From assembly GCA_965248695.1 (NCBI GenBank), contig CBDFKD010000002.1, positions 256,001 to 320,000 of the forward strand: a stretch of 64,000 bases of DNA. The letters run 5' to 3'. Source of the DNA: Acidobacteriota bacterium. GTDB taxonomy: Bacteria; Acidobacteriota; UBA890; WLXD01. Made by a program: the position numbers and the translations under genes. Shown here one piece after another: positions 10,427 to 20,810 of this stretch (positions are counted from its first letter, which is position 1; each line of letters opens with the position of its first letter). The notes below the pieces were generated by a model. The model was not told the DNA's origin and made no database searches. It worked only from the letters and a program-made list of their open reading frames with translations.

Positions 10427-10701
10427 CAGGCCGTGGTGAAAGTGTGGTGGGTCTGGCGACAGGGTATTGCGAGGCGCAGGCCAGGAGAGAGGAGGCGGCG
10501 ATGATTACCCTATCGTTGACGACAAACGACGCAGCATCCGCGCGCAACCCCCAGTCGCCCGAAGGGTTACGGCGATTTGGGGCCATCTGCGGCGTTGGCC
10601 TTCCTCGACGATGGCTAGGGCATCGTGTGCGTCAGGCCGCCTTGCATCTGGCCCCAACTCGCCGTAACCAGACCCACCACACTTTCACCACGGCCTGCTA
10701 G
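10423..10701. mobile_element. MITE-like inverted-repeat element, long form (279 bp including CTAG ends)
   Basis: Perfect 34-bp terminal IR CTAGCAGGCCGTGGTGAAAGTGTGGTGGGTCTGG, no transposase ORF, related copy at 50141..50299. Confidence 0.85.
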
Positions 10702-10704
10702 CGC

Positions 10705-12222
10705 ATGGTTCTCCTCGGCTACGACATCGGCAGCTCCTCGGTAAAGGCGGCTTTGCTCGATGCCGAATCCGGCACCTGTCTCGCGTCGGCGTCCTCGCCG
10801 GACGACGAGATGGAGATCGAGGCGCCACAGCCCGGCTACGCTGAGCAGCATCCGGAGCGCTGGTGGCATCACCTGGTGCGTGCGACGACCGCCGTGCTCG
10901 AGGCCGCGGCCGTTCCAGCCGGCGAGATCAGCGCTATCGGCGTCGCCTATCAGATGCACGGGCTCGTGCTGGTCGACGAGCAGGGAGAAGTGCTGCGGCC
11001 AGCGATCATCTGGTGCGACAGCCGTGCCGTCCCCGTGGGCACGACCGCTCTGGAGGCGCTGGGATTCGAATACTGTCAGCGTCATCTGCTGAACTCACCG
11101 GGCAATTTCACCGCCTCCAAGCTTGCCTGGGTACGCGACCACGAACCGGACATCCTTGGCCGTGCAAGCAAGATGATGCTGCCAGGCGACTGGATCGCCA
11201 TGCGGATGACCGGAACGGTGGCCACCACGGTGCCGGGCCTGTCGGAGGGGATCCTGTGGGACTTCGTCGACAACGACGTCGCCGCGCCGGTGCTGCGGCA
11301 CTTCGAGCTAGACGAAGCGCTGCTGCCGGACCTTGTTCCGACGTTCGGACCCCAGGGGACGCTTACCGCCGCCGCCGCCGCTGAGCTCGGACTGCAAGCG
11401 GGCACGCCGATCTGCTATCGCGCCGGCGACCAGCCGAACAACGCGCTGTCGCTCAACGTGCTCGAGCCCGGCACCATCGCCGCCACAGCCGGCACCTCCG
11501 GAGTGGTATACGGCGTCAGCGATGTCGCTCAGCCGGATCCGTGCTGGCGGGTGAACACGTTCGCGCATGTCAATCACGCGCCCGCCGCGCCACGGCTCGG
11601 CGTGCTGCTGTGCATCAACGGCACCGGCATCCTGAACGCCTGGCTACGGCAGCATGTGTGTCCTCCGGGAACCGACTATGGCGCCATGAACGCTGCCGCC
11701 CAGCGAATTCCCGCCGGCAGCGACGGCGTCGTCGTGCTGCCGTTCGGCAACGGGGCGGAGCGACTGCTGGAGAACCGTGATCCGGGCTGCCAAATCCACG
11801 GCCTGAGCTTCACCCGACACCAGAGGGCTCACCTGCTGCGCGCCGCTCAGGAAGGCATCGCCTTTTCTTTCCGTTACGGGCTCGACGTCATGCGTCAGAC
11901 CGGGATCGAAGCGCGGGTGATTCGGGCCGGCTCCGGGAACCTTTTCGCCAGCCCGATCTTCCGTCAGGCACTTGCCGACACCACCGGGGCGACAATCGAG
12001 CTGTTCGACACCGACGGGGCGCAGGGAGCAGCGCGCGGCGCCGGCATCGGTGTAGGAATCTATGAATCCGCCTCCGCGGCGTTCGCCGGACTCGGTGCCA
12101 GCGCCCTGGTCGAGCCCAACGAGCGACGGTCCGAGTACGCTGACGCCTATGGCCGTTGGTGCCGTCGACTCGAAGGTGCGCTCGCCTACTACGACACGGA
12201 GAAACAATCCGAATGCCGGTAA
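10705..12222 (+). CDS. xylB: Xylulokinase (FGGY carbohydrate kinase)
   Basis: [39 protein letters not shown]; adjacent to xylA. Confidence 0.9.
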   Translation: MVLLGYDIGSSSVKAALLDAESGTCLASASSPDDEMEIEAPQPGYAEQHPERWWHHLVRATTAVLEAAAVPAGEISAIGVAYQMHGLVLVDEQGEVLRPAIIWCDSRAVPVGTTALEALGFEYCQRHLLNSPGNFTASKLAWVRDHEPDILGRASKMMLPGDWIAMRMTGTVATTVPGLSEGILWDFVDNDVAAPVLRHFELDEALLPDLVPTFGPQGTLTAAAAAELGLQAGTPICYRAGDQPNNALSLNVLEPGTIAATAGTSGVVYGVSDVAQPDPCWRVNTFAHVNHAPAAPRLGVLLCINGTGILNAWLRQHVCPPGTDYGAMNAAAQRIPAGSDGVVVLPFGNGAERLLENRDPGCQIHGLSFTRHQRAHLLRAAQEGIAFSFRYGLDVMRQTGIEARVIRAGSGNLFASPIFRQALADTTGATIELFDTDGAQGAARGAGIGVGIYESASAAFAGLGASALVEPNERRSEYADAYGRWCRRLEGALAYYDTEKQSECR

Positions 12223-13553
12223 CGATCGGAGACCGCGAGTTCTTTCCGCACATCGGAGAGATCCCGTTCGAAGGACCGTCCTCTGACAACCCGCTCGCCT
12301 TCAAGACCTACGATGCCAGCCGCGTGGTGGGCGGCAAGACGCTGGCCGAGCATCTGCGCTTCGCGGTGGCGTACTGGCACAGCTTGGGCGTCGGCGGCGT
12401 CGATCCGTTCGGCGCACCGACGCGCGCGCCCGCATGGTCGAGAGAACCGGACCCGCTGGCGGCGGCTCGACTGAAAACGGATGCAGCGTTCGAGCTCTTC
12501 ACCAAGCTCGGAGTGCCGTTCTACTGCTTCCATGACGTCGACCTGGTCGCCGAAGGCAGCTCGGTTCGCGAATCAGAGCGTCTCCTGCAGGCGACGGTCG
12601 AATACACGGCTCAGAAGCAGCAGGCGTCCGGAGTGCAGTTGCTTTGGGGTACGGCCAACCTCTTCTCGCACCCGCGCTACATGAACGGCGCCGCAACAAA
12701 CCCGGACTTCGCGGTCGTCGCCCACGCTGCGGCGCAGGTGAAATGCGCCCTGGACGCCACCGTCGCCCTCGGCGGTAGCAACTACGTGTTCTGGGGTGGG
12801 CGTGAGGGCTATATGAGCCTGCTGAATACCGACATGCAACGCGAGCGCGCGCACATGGCGCGTTTCCTGCACGCGGCGCGCGACTATGGACGCGGTCACG
12901 GCTTCGACGGCGTATTCCTGATCGAACCGAAGCCGCAGGAGCCGATGAAGCACCAGTACGACTACGACGCGGCGACCGCCATCAGCTTCCTGCGCGAGTT
13001 CGACCTGCTGGACGACTTCAAGCTCAACATCGAGGTCAACCACGCCACCCTGGCGGGCCACACCTTCCAGCACGAGCTCCAGGTGGCCGCCGACGCCGGT
13101 CTTCTCGGCAGCATCGATGCCAACCGCGGCGACTACCAGAGTGGCTGGGACACCGACCAGTTCCCGGTGGACCTGTACGAGACCACCGAAGCGATGCTGG
13201 TGATCCTCGAGGCCGGCGGGCTGGAGAGCGGTGGCGTCAACTTCGACGCCAAGTTGCGGCGCAACTCGACCGATACGGAGGACCTGTTCATCGCCCACAT
13301 CACCGGCATGGATACCTTCGCCGGCGCCCTGCTCGTAGCGGCACAGATCCTCGAAGACTCTGACTATCGGCGGCTGCGTAGAGAGCGCTACGGGAGCTTC
13401 AACGCGGCCCCCGGAGCGGCATTCGCATCCGGTGAGCTGGGCCTCGCCGACCTCTACGAGATCGCGTCGTCCGGTGAGGCGCCGCAGCGCCGTAGCGGCA
13501 AGCAGGAGCTCTTCGAGTCGATCCTCAACCGGGCGCTGCTGCCGCCAGGGTGA
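12213..13553 (+). CDS. xylA: Xylose isomerase (class II)
   Basis: [59 protein letters not shown]. Confidence 0.95.
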   Translation: MPVTIGDREFFPHIGEIPFEGPSSDNPLAFKTYDASRVVGGKTLAEHLRFAVAYWHSLGVGGVDPFGAPTRAPAWSREPDPLAAARLKTDAAFELFTKLGVPFYCFHDVDLVAEGSSVRESERLLQATVEYTAQKQQASGVQLLWGTANLFSHPRYMNGAATNPDFAVVAHAAAQVKCALDATVALGGSNYVFWGGREGYMSLLNTDMQRERAHMARFLHAARDYGRGHGFDGVFLIEPKPQEPMKHQYDYDAATAISFLREFDLLDDFKLNIEVNHATLAGHTFQHELQVAADAGLLGSIDANRGDYQSGWDTDQFPVDLYETTEAMLVILEAGGLESGGVNFDAKLRRNSTDTEDLFIAHITGMDTFAGALLVAAQILEDSDYRRLRRERYGSFNAAPGAAFASGELGLADLYEIASSGEAPQRRSGKQELFESILNRALLPPG

Positions 13554-13688
13554 CCACTCGGCCGCAGGGCCGCACCCTACGCCCGCGCTTTCAAAGTGGA
13601 GCACAGCCGTGACTGCCGTATAATCCGCCAGACCTGGATAGATCTCTCCGGGTGCCCCTCTGACTATGAGTCGGGCCGGGAGGCGCGT

Positions 13689-16088
13689 ATGTGGACGGGT
13701 AGCGCGAGGCGGGCGCTGGTAGGAGCGGCGATTGGGCTATCCGTCGTGTACTGGCCGCCCGACGGTGCGCGCGCGACCCCATCGGAGGGCCAGACGGCGC
13801 CCGACTCTGGACTGCATGCGACCCTGATCGGAACTTACTGCACCAGTTGCCACAACGATCAGACCCTGAGCGGCGGACTGGCGCTCGACCGAGTCGACTT
13901 CGATCACCTCGGCGACGATGCCGAGATCTGGGAAAAGGTGGTCCGCAAGCTTCGCGCCCGGGCGATGCCCCCGGTTGGAACGCCGCGGCCCGACGAGGCC
14001 GCCTATGCGGACGTGCTGACGTACCTGGAGGCGGAGCTCGACCGCTCCGCAATGACGAACCCGGATCCGGGGCGTACCGACACGTTTCGCCGGCTCAACC
14101 GGACCGAGTATCAGAACGCGGTGCGAGATCTACTGGCACTCGACGTCGACGTAACCGCGCTGCTGCCCCGCGACGACGCCGCCTACGGATTCGACAACGT
14201 CAGCGCCGTGGGACTGTCGCCGATGCTCATGGAACGTTATCTGTCGGCCGCTCACAAGGTCAGCCGGGCGGCGGTCGGCAGCCCGTTGCCGGCCCCCGGG
14301 AGCTACGTCGCGGTGCTGCCGGCCGATCTCACCCAGGAAGACCACCTCGACGGCCTGCCGTTCGGCACACGCGGCGGGATGGCGGTGAGCTACCACTTCC
14401 CTCAGCAGGGCGAGTACGAGTTCCGAGTGCGTCTCTCCCGCAACCGCAACGAAAACGTCGAAGGCCTGACGGAGCCGCACGTGATGGAGCTATCGCTGGA
14501 TGGGGAGCGCCTCGAGCTGTTCACGATCACGCCGAACCGCAATCGTTTCGGCGACTACTATGCCGACGAAGATGTCGACCGAAACCTCGTGGTTCAGGTA
14601 CCTGTGGAGGCCGGACCGCATGTGGTGACCGCGACGTTCCTGAAGAAGAACTCGGCGCTCATCGAGACCGAGCGCAAGCCCTTCGCGGCACACTTCAATA
14701 TGGACCGACACCCTCGGATACAGCCCGGGGTGCGTTCGGTGGGAATAACCGGCCCGTTCGAGACCGGCGGGTCCGGCTCGACGCCGAGCCGCGAGCGAGT
14801 CTTCGTGTGCCGGCCGGCCAGCACCGCCACAGACGATGAGGCGGCATGTGCGCGCACCATCCTCGCGACCCTGGCACGGCGCGCGTATCGGCGCCCGGTG
14901 ACCGACGACGACGTCTCGGCGCTCATGGGGTTCTATGAGCGCGCCAACGCCACAGCCGGGTTCGAGGGCGGCGTCGAAACCGCGCTCAGGGCACTCCTGT
15001 CGAGCGCCGAGTTCCTGTTTCGTATCGAGCGCGACGCCGATCACGTGGCGGCCGGTACAGCGTATCGGCTCGACGATCTGGATCTGGCGACGCGGTTGTC
15101 GTTCTTTCTCTGGAGCAGCCTCCCGGACGACGAGCTGCTGACGGTGGCCGAGCGTGGCGAGCTCTCGAGCCCCGAAACGCTCGAGTTCCAGGTGCGCCGA
15201 ATGCTGGCGGACCCGCGAGCGGCGTCGCTCAGCACCAACTTCGCCGGGCAGTGGTTGCATCTGCGAAACCTGGATGCAGCCCGCCCGAACCTGCGATTGT
15301 TCCCCGATTTCGATGACAACCTGCGGCAGGGATTCCGTCGCGAGACCGAGCTGTTGTTCGACAGCGTCGTGCGCGAGGACCGCAGCGTCGTTGATCTGCT
15401 GACGGCCGACTACACGCATCTGAACGAGCGGCTCGCAGGGCACTACGGGATACCGAACGTCTATGGCGATCACTTTCGTCGAGTGCCGCTGCCCGACGGC
15501 AGCCAGCGAATCGGTCTACTCGGGCACGGCAGCATCCTGACGGTAACTTCGTATGCGACCCGCACCTCACCGGTGCTGCGCGGGAAATGGGTGCTCGACA
15601 ATGTTCTGGGGATGCCGCCACCGCCGCCACCGGCGACCGTGCCGCCGCTGCGGGAAAACAAGCCCGGACAACGGATTCTGTCGATGCGCGAACGCATGGT
15701 CGAGCATCGCGTCAACCCGGTGTGCGCCGCCTGTCATCAGCTGATGGATCCGGCCGGCCTGGCGATGGAGAACTTCGACGCCATCGGACGCTGGCGTGAT
15801 CACGGAGCTGCCCGCGCGTCGATCGACGCATCCGGAAGCTTGCCGGGTGGAGCGACCTTCGAGGGCATCGCCGGGCTGCGCGCCGCGCTGCTGGCCCGCC
15901 CGGAAGTATTCGTCGGCACGCTGACAGAAAAGTTGCTCACGTTTGCCCTCGGTCGCGGGGTCGACTATCGCGACGCCCCTGCCGTGCGCGCAGTTGTCCG
16001 AGAGGCAGCGCCGGCTGACTATAGGTTCTCGTCGCTGGTGCTCGCGATTACGAAGAGTCGTCCGTTTCAGATGCGGAGGTCGCAATGA
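13689..16088 (+). CDS. DUF1592/DUF1588/DUF1587-type protein with c-type haem motifs (planctomycete-cytochrome family)
   Basis: CTSCH, RRLNRTEYQNAVRDLL, RLSFFLWSSLPD, RTSPVLRGKW, CAACH. Confidence 0.85.
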   Translation: MWTGSARRALVGAAIGLSVVYWPPDGARATPSEGQTAPDSGLHATLIGTYCTSCHNDQTLSGGLALDRVDFDHLGDDAEIWEKVVRKLRARAMPPVGTPRPDEAAYADVLTYLEAELDRSAMTNPDPGRTDTFRRLNRTEYQNAVRDLLALDVDVTALLPRDDAAYGFDNVSAVGLSPMLMERYLSAAHKVSRAAVGSPLPAPGSYVAVLPADLTQEDHLDGLPFGTRGGMAVSYHFPQQGEYEFRVRLSRNRNENVEGLTEPHVMELSLDGERLELFTITPNRNRFGDYYADEDVDRNLVVQVPVEAGPHVVTATFLKKNSALIETERKPFAAHFNMDRHPRIQPGVRSVGITGPFETGGSGSTPSRERVFVCRPASTATDDEAACARTILATLARRAYRRPVTDDDVSALMGFYERANATAGFEGGVETALRALLSSAEFLFRIERDADHVAAGTAYRLDDLDLATRLSFFLWSSLPDDELLTVAERGELSSPETLEFQVRRMLADPRAASLSTNFAGQWLHLRNLDAARPNLRLFPDFDDNLRQGFRRETELLFDSVVREDRSVVDLLTADYTHLNERLAGHYGIPNVYGDHFRRVPLPDGSQRIGLLGHGSILTVTSYATRTSPVLRGKWVLDNVLGMPPPPPPATVPPLRENKPGQRILSMRERMVEHRVNPVCAACHQLMDPAGLAMENFDAIGRWRDHGAARASIDASGSLPGGATFEGIAGLRAALLARPEVFVGTLTEKLLTFALGRGVDYRDAPAVRAVVREAAPADYRFSSLVLAITKSRPFQMRRSQ

Positions 16089-17431
16089 TCGTCACCAAGA
16101 TGGCGCTGCCGCGCCGAACGTTCCTGCGGGGCCTCGGCGCGACCGTGGCGCTGCCGCTGCTGGACGCCATGGTGCCGGCGCTCTCCGCGGCCATCGGCAC
16201 GGCTGCGAACCCCGTGCGCCGGCTCGGGTACGTCTTCATCCCGATGGGGATGAACCCGGTGCCGTGGATCCCGCAGGGCGACGGCGCCATCACGGAGCTA
16301 TCGCCGTCGCTGGCGGCGCTGACGCCGTACCTCGATCACCTGAGCGTGGTCACCAACACCGAGCTGCGCAACGCCTACACTACCGGCAACCACGCGTCGT
16401 CGAACGCCGCGTTCCTGAGCTGTACCGGAGGCAAGCGGACCGAAGGCAGCGACTACGAGCTCGGCACCACCGTCGACCAGATCGCCGCCCAGCAGATCGG
16501 CGGCGACACGCCTATCCCGTCCCTCGAGCTGGGTACCGATCTGATCGCCCAGGTCGGCAATTGCGACAACGGATACGCCTGCGTCTACATGAACAGCTTG
16601 TCGTGGTCGTCGCCCACAACGCCGCTGCCACCAGAGGCCGACCCCCGGGCGGTCTTCGAACGGTTGTTCGGCGACGGCGGCACCGTGGAGCAGCGCAAAG
16701 CACAGATGAAGACCAACGCCAGCATCCTCGACTGGGTGATGCAAGACATGGCGCGCCTGCAATCGAAGCTCGGCGTCGGCGACCGCGCCAAGGTCGACGA
16801 GTACCTCGACACCGTGCGCGAGGTCGAGCGCCGCATTCAGCGGGCCGAGCAGGTTGTCGAATCCACGGCGTTGCCGGAGCTCGATCGGCCCGCGAGCGTA
16901 CCCGACTCCTGGGAAGAGCACGTCAAGCTCATGTTCGACCTGCAGGTGCTGGCGCTTCAGGCCGATATGACGCGGGTCATCACGTTTCAGCTGGCGCGCG
17001 AGGGCAGCACCAGGACCTACCCGCATATCGGCGTGCCGGAGCCGCATCACCCGGTGTCACACCATGTGAACGACCCCGTGAAGCTGGCCAAGCTGGCCAA
17101 GATCAACGCGTATCACGTTTCGCTGTTCGGGTACTTGCTGGAGAAGCTGCGATCGACGCCGGATGGCGACGGTACGTTGCTCGACCACACGACGTACCTG
17201 CTCGGAAGCGGCATGGGGAATCCGGACGTGCACGACCACACCAACTTACCGATCGTCGTCGCCCGCGGCGGCGCCGGCCGAGTCAAAGGCGGCTGGCACA
17301 TCCGCTATGACGAGCCTACGCCGCTGGCCAATCTGCATCTGACGCTGCTGGATCACGTCGGCGTACACCTGGATAGCTTTGTCGACAGTACCGGGCGCGC
17401 CGGTGAAGTGCTCGAGCCACTGAGCCTCTGA
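16085..17431 (+). CDS. DUF1552 (HxxSHH) protein with Tat-like signal
   Basis: PRRTFLRG, LPLLDAM, HHPVSHH, GNPDVH. Confidence 0.85.
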   Translation: MIVTKMALPRRTFLRGLGATVALPLLDAMVPALSAAIGTAANPVRRLGYVFIPMGMNPVPWIPQGDGAITELSPSLAALTPYLDHLSVVTNTELRNAYTTGNHASSNAAFLSCTGGKRTEGSDYELGTTVDQIAAQQIGGDTPIPSLELGTDLIAQVGNCDNGYACVYMNSLSWSSPTTPLPPEADPRAVFERLFGDGGTVEQRKAQMKTNASILDWVMQDMARLQSKLGVGDRAKVDEYLDTVREVERRIQRAEQVVESTALPELDRPASVPDSWEEHVKLMFDLQVLALQADMTRVITFQLAREGSTRTYPHIGVPEPHHPVSHHVNDPVKLAKLAKINAYHVSLFGYLLEKLRSTPDGDGTLLDHTTYLLGSGMGNPDVHDHTNLPIVVARGGAGRVKGGWHIRYDEPTPLANLHLTLLDHVGVHLDSFVDSTGRAGEVLEPLSL

Positions 17432-17438
17432 CCGCCCG

Positions 17439-18977
17439 ATGTCTGCCGACGACGTGCTGACCGCCTTGACGCGAAGGTGCGGCTCGCTTGCAATGATCGT
17501 CGCAGTCGCCGTCACAGTCGGCGGTCCCCTGGCAGCCAGCGAATTGGAGCTAGTCGGTGCCGTCCAACGCGGCGACGTCGAAGCCGTGCGGGCGCTGCTT
17601 GCCGACGGGGCGGAGATCGACGAGCCTCAGGCGGACGGGACCACGGCGCTTCATTGGGCGGCCTATCGAGACGACGTCGAGATGGTCGCGCTGCTACTCG
17701 ACTCGGGGGCCACTGTCGACTCGACCAACCGCTACGGTGTGCAACCGATCTCGCTGGCCGCCGTCAACGGCAACGCATCGATCCTTGCAGCTCTGTTGAG
17801 TGCTGGCGCAGACGCCAACGCGACGCTCGAGGAAGGCGAGACCGTCCTGATGACGGCATCACGCACCGGCAGGCTGGCGGCGGTCAAGCTCTTGCTGGCG
17901 CACGGAGCCGACGCCAACGCGATCGAGACCTGGCGCGGCCAGACAGCGCTGATGTGGGCCGCCGCCGAGGGCCACACCGACGTGATCAAGGCGTTGCTGG
18001 CGCACCATGCGGACGTGCACGTGGCGTCTGACAAGGCGTTCACGGCATTGCTGTTCGCAGCCCGTCAAGGGCACGTAGCCGCGGTCGAGATGCTGCTCGA
18101 TGGCGGCGCCAGCCTGGAGGAGTCGCTGACGGTCAACGCCAGGCGAACAGCCGGCGGGCTGGAGCGTGACCCGGCCTCCGAGGCCGGGGTCAACGCCTTT
18201 CTGCTCGCGGTGGGCAACGCGCACTACGAGCTCGCCGCCATGCTCCTTGATCGCGGAGCCGACCCGGACGTTGCGCCGCGTGGCTGGACCGCCCTCCATC
18301 AGGTCACCTGGGTACGGAAAGCTGGTAATGCCGGCAGCAACGACCCGGCGCCCGAGGGCTCCGGCACCATGACGAGCCTCGATTTCGTCCGCCGGCTGGT
18401 GGCCGGCGGCGCCGACCTCAACGCCCGAGTGACGAAGCGTCCACCCGCCGGAATCACGTCACTGAACTTCGCCGGCGGGACTCCGTTCTTGCTCGCTGCG
18501 CGCACCGCAGATGTCGAATATATGCGCCTGCTGGTGGACCTCGGCGCCGATCCGCTGCTGACCAACGACGACGGCTCGACGCCACTGATGGTCGCCGCCG
18601 GCCTCGGAACCTCTTCGCCCGGGGAGGACCCGGGAACGGAGCCCGAGGTGATCGAAGCGGTCAAGCTGGCGCTCGAGCTCGGAGGCGACATCAACGCGGT
18701 CGACGTCAAGGGCGAGACCGCGATGCACGGGGCCGCCTACAAGGCGGTGCCGCAAGTGGTGCGGCTGCTCGCCGCCGAGGGAGCCGACATCACGATCTGG
18801 AATCGGCAGAACTCGCGGGGTTGGACGCCGCTGAAGATCGCCGAAGGGGTGCACCGCGGCATGAACATCATCATTTCACGGCCCACAGCGGCGGCGTTCC
18901 GTGAGGTGATGCTCCACGAGGGCGTCGATCCGGTCACCGATGCTGAAGGAGACACGCGTCCTGGCGGAAGCCGCTGA
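17439..18977 (+). CDS. Ankyrin-repeat protein, secreted
   Basis: Repeated GxTALHWAA / GQTALMWAA / GGTPFLLAA / GSTPLMVAA / GETAMHGAA. Confidence 0.9.
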   Translation: MSADDVLTALTRRCGSLAMIVAVAVTVGGPLAASELELVGAVQRGDVEAVRALLADGAEIDEPQADGTTALHWAAYRDDVEMVALLLDSGATVDSTNRYGVQPISLAAVNGNASILAALLSAGADANATLEEGETVLMTASRTGRLAAVKLLLAHGADANAIETWRGQTALMWAAAEGHTDVIKALLAHHADVHVASDKAFTALLFAARQGHVAAVEMLLDGGASLEESLTVNARRTAGGLERDPASEAGVNAFLLAVGNAHYELAAMLLDRGADPDVAPRGWTALHQVTWVRKAGNAGSNDPAPEGSGTMTSLDFVRRLVAGGADLNARVTKRPPAGITSLNFAGGTPFLLAARTADVEYMRLLVDLGADPLLTNDDGSTPLMVAAGLGTSSPGEDPGTEPEVIEAVKLALELGGDINAVDVKGETAMHGAAYKAVPQVVRLLAAEGADITIWNRQNSRGWTPLKIAEGVHRGMNIIISRPTAAAFREVMLHEGVDPVTDAEGDTRPGGSR

Positions 18978-19056
18978 CCGGGGCCGGTCCGTCCGCGAGT
19001 GTCGCGCAGCGTTGCCGGGAACCGGGAAACCTCGCTAGGGGTCCCGTTACCGGTCT

Positions 19057-20691
19057 CTAGTCTCCGAGACCGAACGCGAAGACCGCGTTCCCGGCCGCGA
19101 TCGACACGAACTGCTGGCCGTTCACGGCGTAGGTTATCGGCGCCGCGTGAACGTGCCCGCCGACGTTCACGTGCCACAGCTCCTCACCGCTGTCGGCGTC
19201 GAGGGCGAAGAAGTAGCCTCCGACCGTGCCTCCGAAGACAAGACCTCCGGCGGTCGACAGCAACCCTGATGTGGATCGAGGCGCGATCGGGAACTCCCAA
19301 CGGATGTCACCGGTCGCCGGCTCGATGGCGCGGATGGCGCTGTAGTACTCGTCGGGCGGGGCCAGCCGACGCCCGGAGCCGCCCGAAAACCACTCGCCCT
19401 CGACGTACTCCTGTTCGCGTTTGAAGTATTCCTGTTCACCATCATAGGCATTGACATAGAACAGGCCGCTGAGTGGGCTGAACGCCGGCGACCACCAGTT
19501 GGTGGCGCCGCCGATGGTCGGCGCTACCACGACCCCTTCCAGAGAAGGTTCGAGGCCCGGGAACCGGATCGGTCGGCCGCGCTCATCGAGGCCCTCGGCC
19601 CAGGTTTGCTTGGCGAAAGCCTCGCCGACCAGGAACTCGCCGGTTCGTCGGTCGAGCGTGTAGTAGAAACCGTTGCGATTCGCCCACATCATCGTCTTGC
19701 GAGCCTCGCCGTCGACGGTGATATCGCCGAGGACAGGAACCTGGATCGCGTCCCAGTCATGGACATCATGCGGTGTGAACTGGAAGTGCCATCGCAGCTC
19801 GCCGGTATCGGCGTCGATCGCCAGGGCGGAGTCCGAATACAGGTTGTCCCCCATCCGGTTGTCGCCGTTCCAGTCAGGACCGGGATTTCCCGTGCCCCAG
19901 TAGATCAACTCGAGATCCGGATCGTAGGAGCCGGTGATCCACGTCGGAGCACCCCCCGTTCGCCACGAGTCGCCCGCCCAGGTCGCATTGTCCGGGTGCT
20001 CCGGCCCGGGAATCGTCCAGGCACGCCAGCGGTGCTCGCCGGAAGCGGCGTCATAGGAATCGAGGAAGCCGCGAATGCCGTATTCGCCACCGGCAATGCC
20101 GGTGACCACCTGGTCCTTGACGATGAGCGGCGCCGCGGTCTTGCTATATCCGGAGCTGTGCTCCGCCACCTCGCGATTCCACAGCAGGTTGCCGCTTCGC
20201 GCATCGATGGCGACGAGATGCGCATCCAGCGTGCTCATGTAGAGCGTCTCGCCGAGGATCGCCACGCCACGATTGTTGCGACCGCAGCAAATCCGCAAAT
20301 CGTCCGGCAGCGCATGGTCATAGCGCCAGAAAGGCCGTCCGGTCGCAGCGTGGAGCGCGACGACATTGCTCGGTGCTTCGGTGACGAACATGACCCCGTC
20401 GACGACCAACGGCGTAGTCTCGGCACGATCGATCTGTGGGATCTGATACGCCCACTTCAGCTCGAGCTGCGCCACGTTGCCGGCGTGCACACCGTCGAGT
20501 CGACTGTGCCGCTGGCTGTCGAGCGTCCCGGAGTACATCAGCCAGTTCTCCGGCTCGTCAGCGGCATTCAGCAGTCGCTCCCAGGTCACCGGCGACAGCG
20601 CCGGCGTCGCCTCGCTCGTTCCCGCCGGCTCCTGCGCCGCTACCAGCTGCACGGAGACGACCGCGATGAAGACGAACGGGAGTCGTTTCAT
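19057..20691 (-). CDS. PQQ-dependent dehydrogenase (methanol/ethanol family)
   Basis: ETTPLVVDG, vicinal CC (RICCGRNNRG), GTGNPGP, HDVHDWDA, ANRNGF, GATNW; signal peptide from MKRLPF. Confidence 0.9.
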   Translation of the reverse strand: MKRLPFVFIAVVSVQLVAAQEPAGTSEATPALSPVTWERLLNAADEPENWLMYSGTLDSQRHSRLDGVHAGNVAQLELKWAYQIPQIDRAETTPLVVDGVMFVTEAPSNVVALHAATGRPFWRYDHALPDDLRICCGRNNRGVAILGETLYMSTLDAHLVAIDARSGNLLWNREVAEHSSGYSKTAAPLIVKDQVVTGIAGGEYGIRGFLDSYDAASGEHRWRAWTIPGPEHPDNATWAGDSWRTGGAPTWITGSYDPDLELIYWGTGNPGPDWNGDNRMGDNLYSDSALAIDADTGELRWHFQFTPHDVHDWDAIQVPVLGDITVDGEARKTMMWANRNGFYYTLDRRTGEFLVGEAFAKQTWAEGLDERGRPIRFPGLEPSLEGVVVAPTIGGATNWWSPAFSPLSGLFYVNAYDGEQEYFKREQEYVEGEWFSGGSGRRLAPPDEYYSAIRAIEPATGDIRWEFPIAPRSTSGLLSTAGGLVFGGTVGGYFFALDADSGEELWHVNVGGHVHAAPITYAVNGQQFVSIAAGNAVFAFGLGD

Positions 20692-20810
20692 GATGACCGC
20701 CCTTTGCGGAGCGAGAAGAGGTAGGCAACGAGGTCGTCCACCTCGTCTGCTGTGAGACTGTCCGCGTAGCTCGGCATGCTCGACGTTTTGGTCCGCTCGC
20801 TCGCCTGGGT

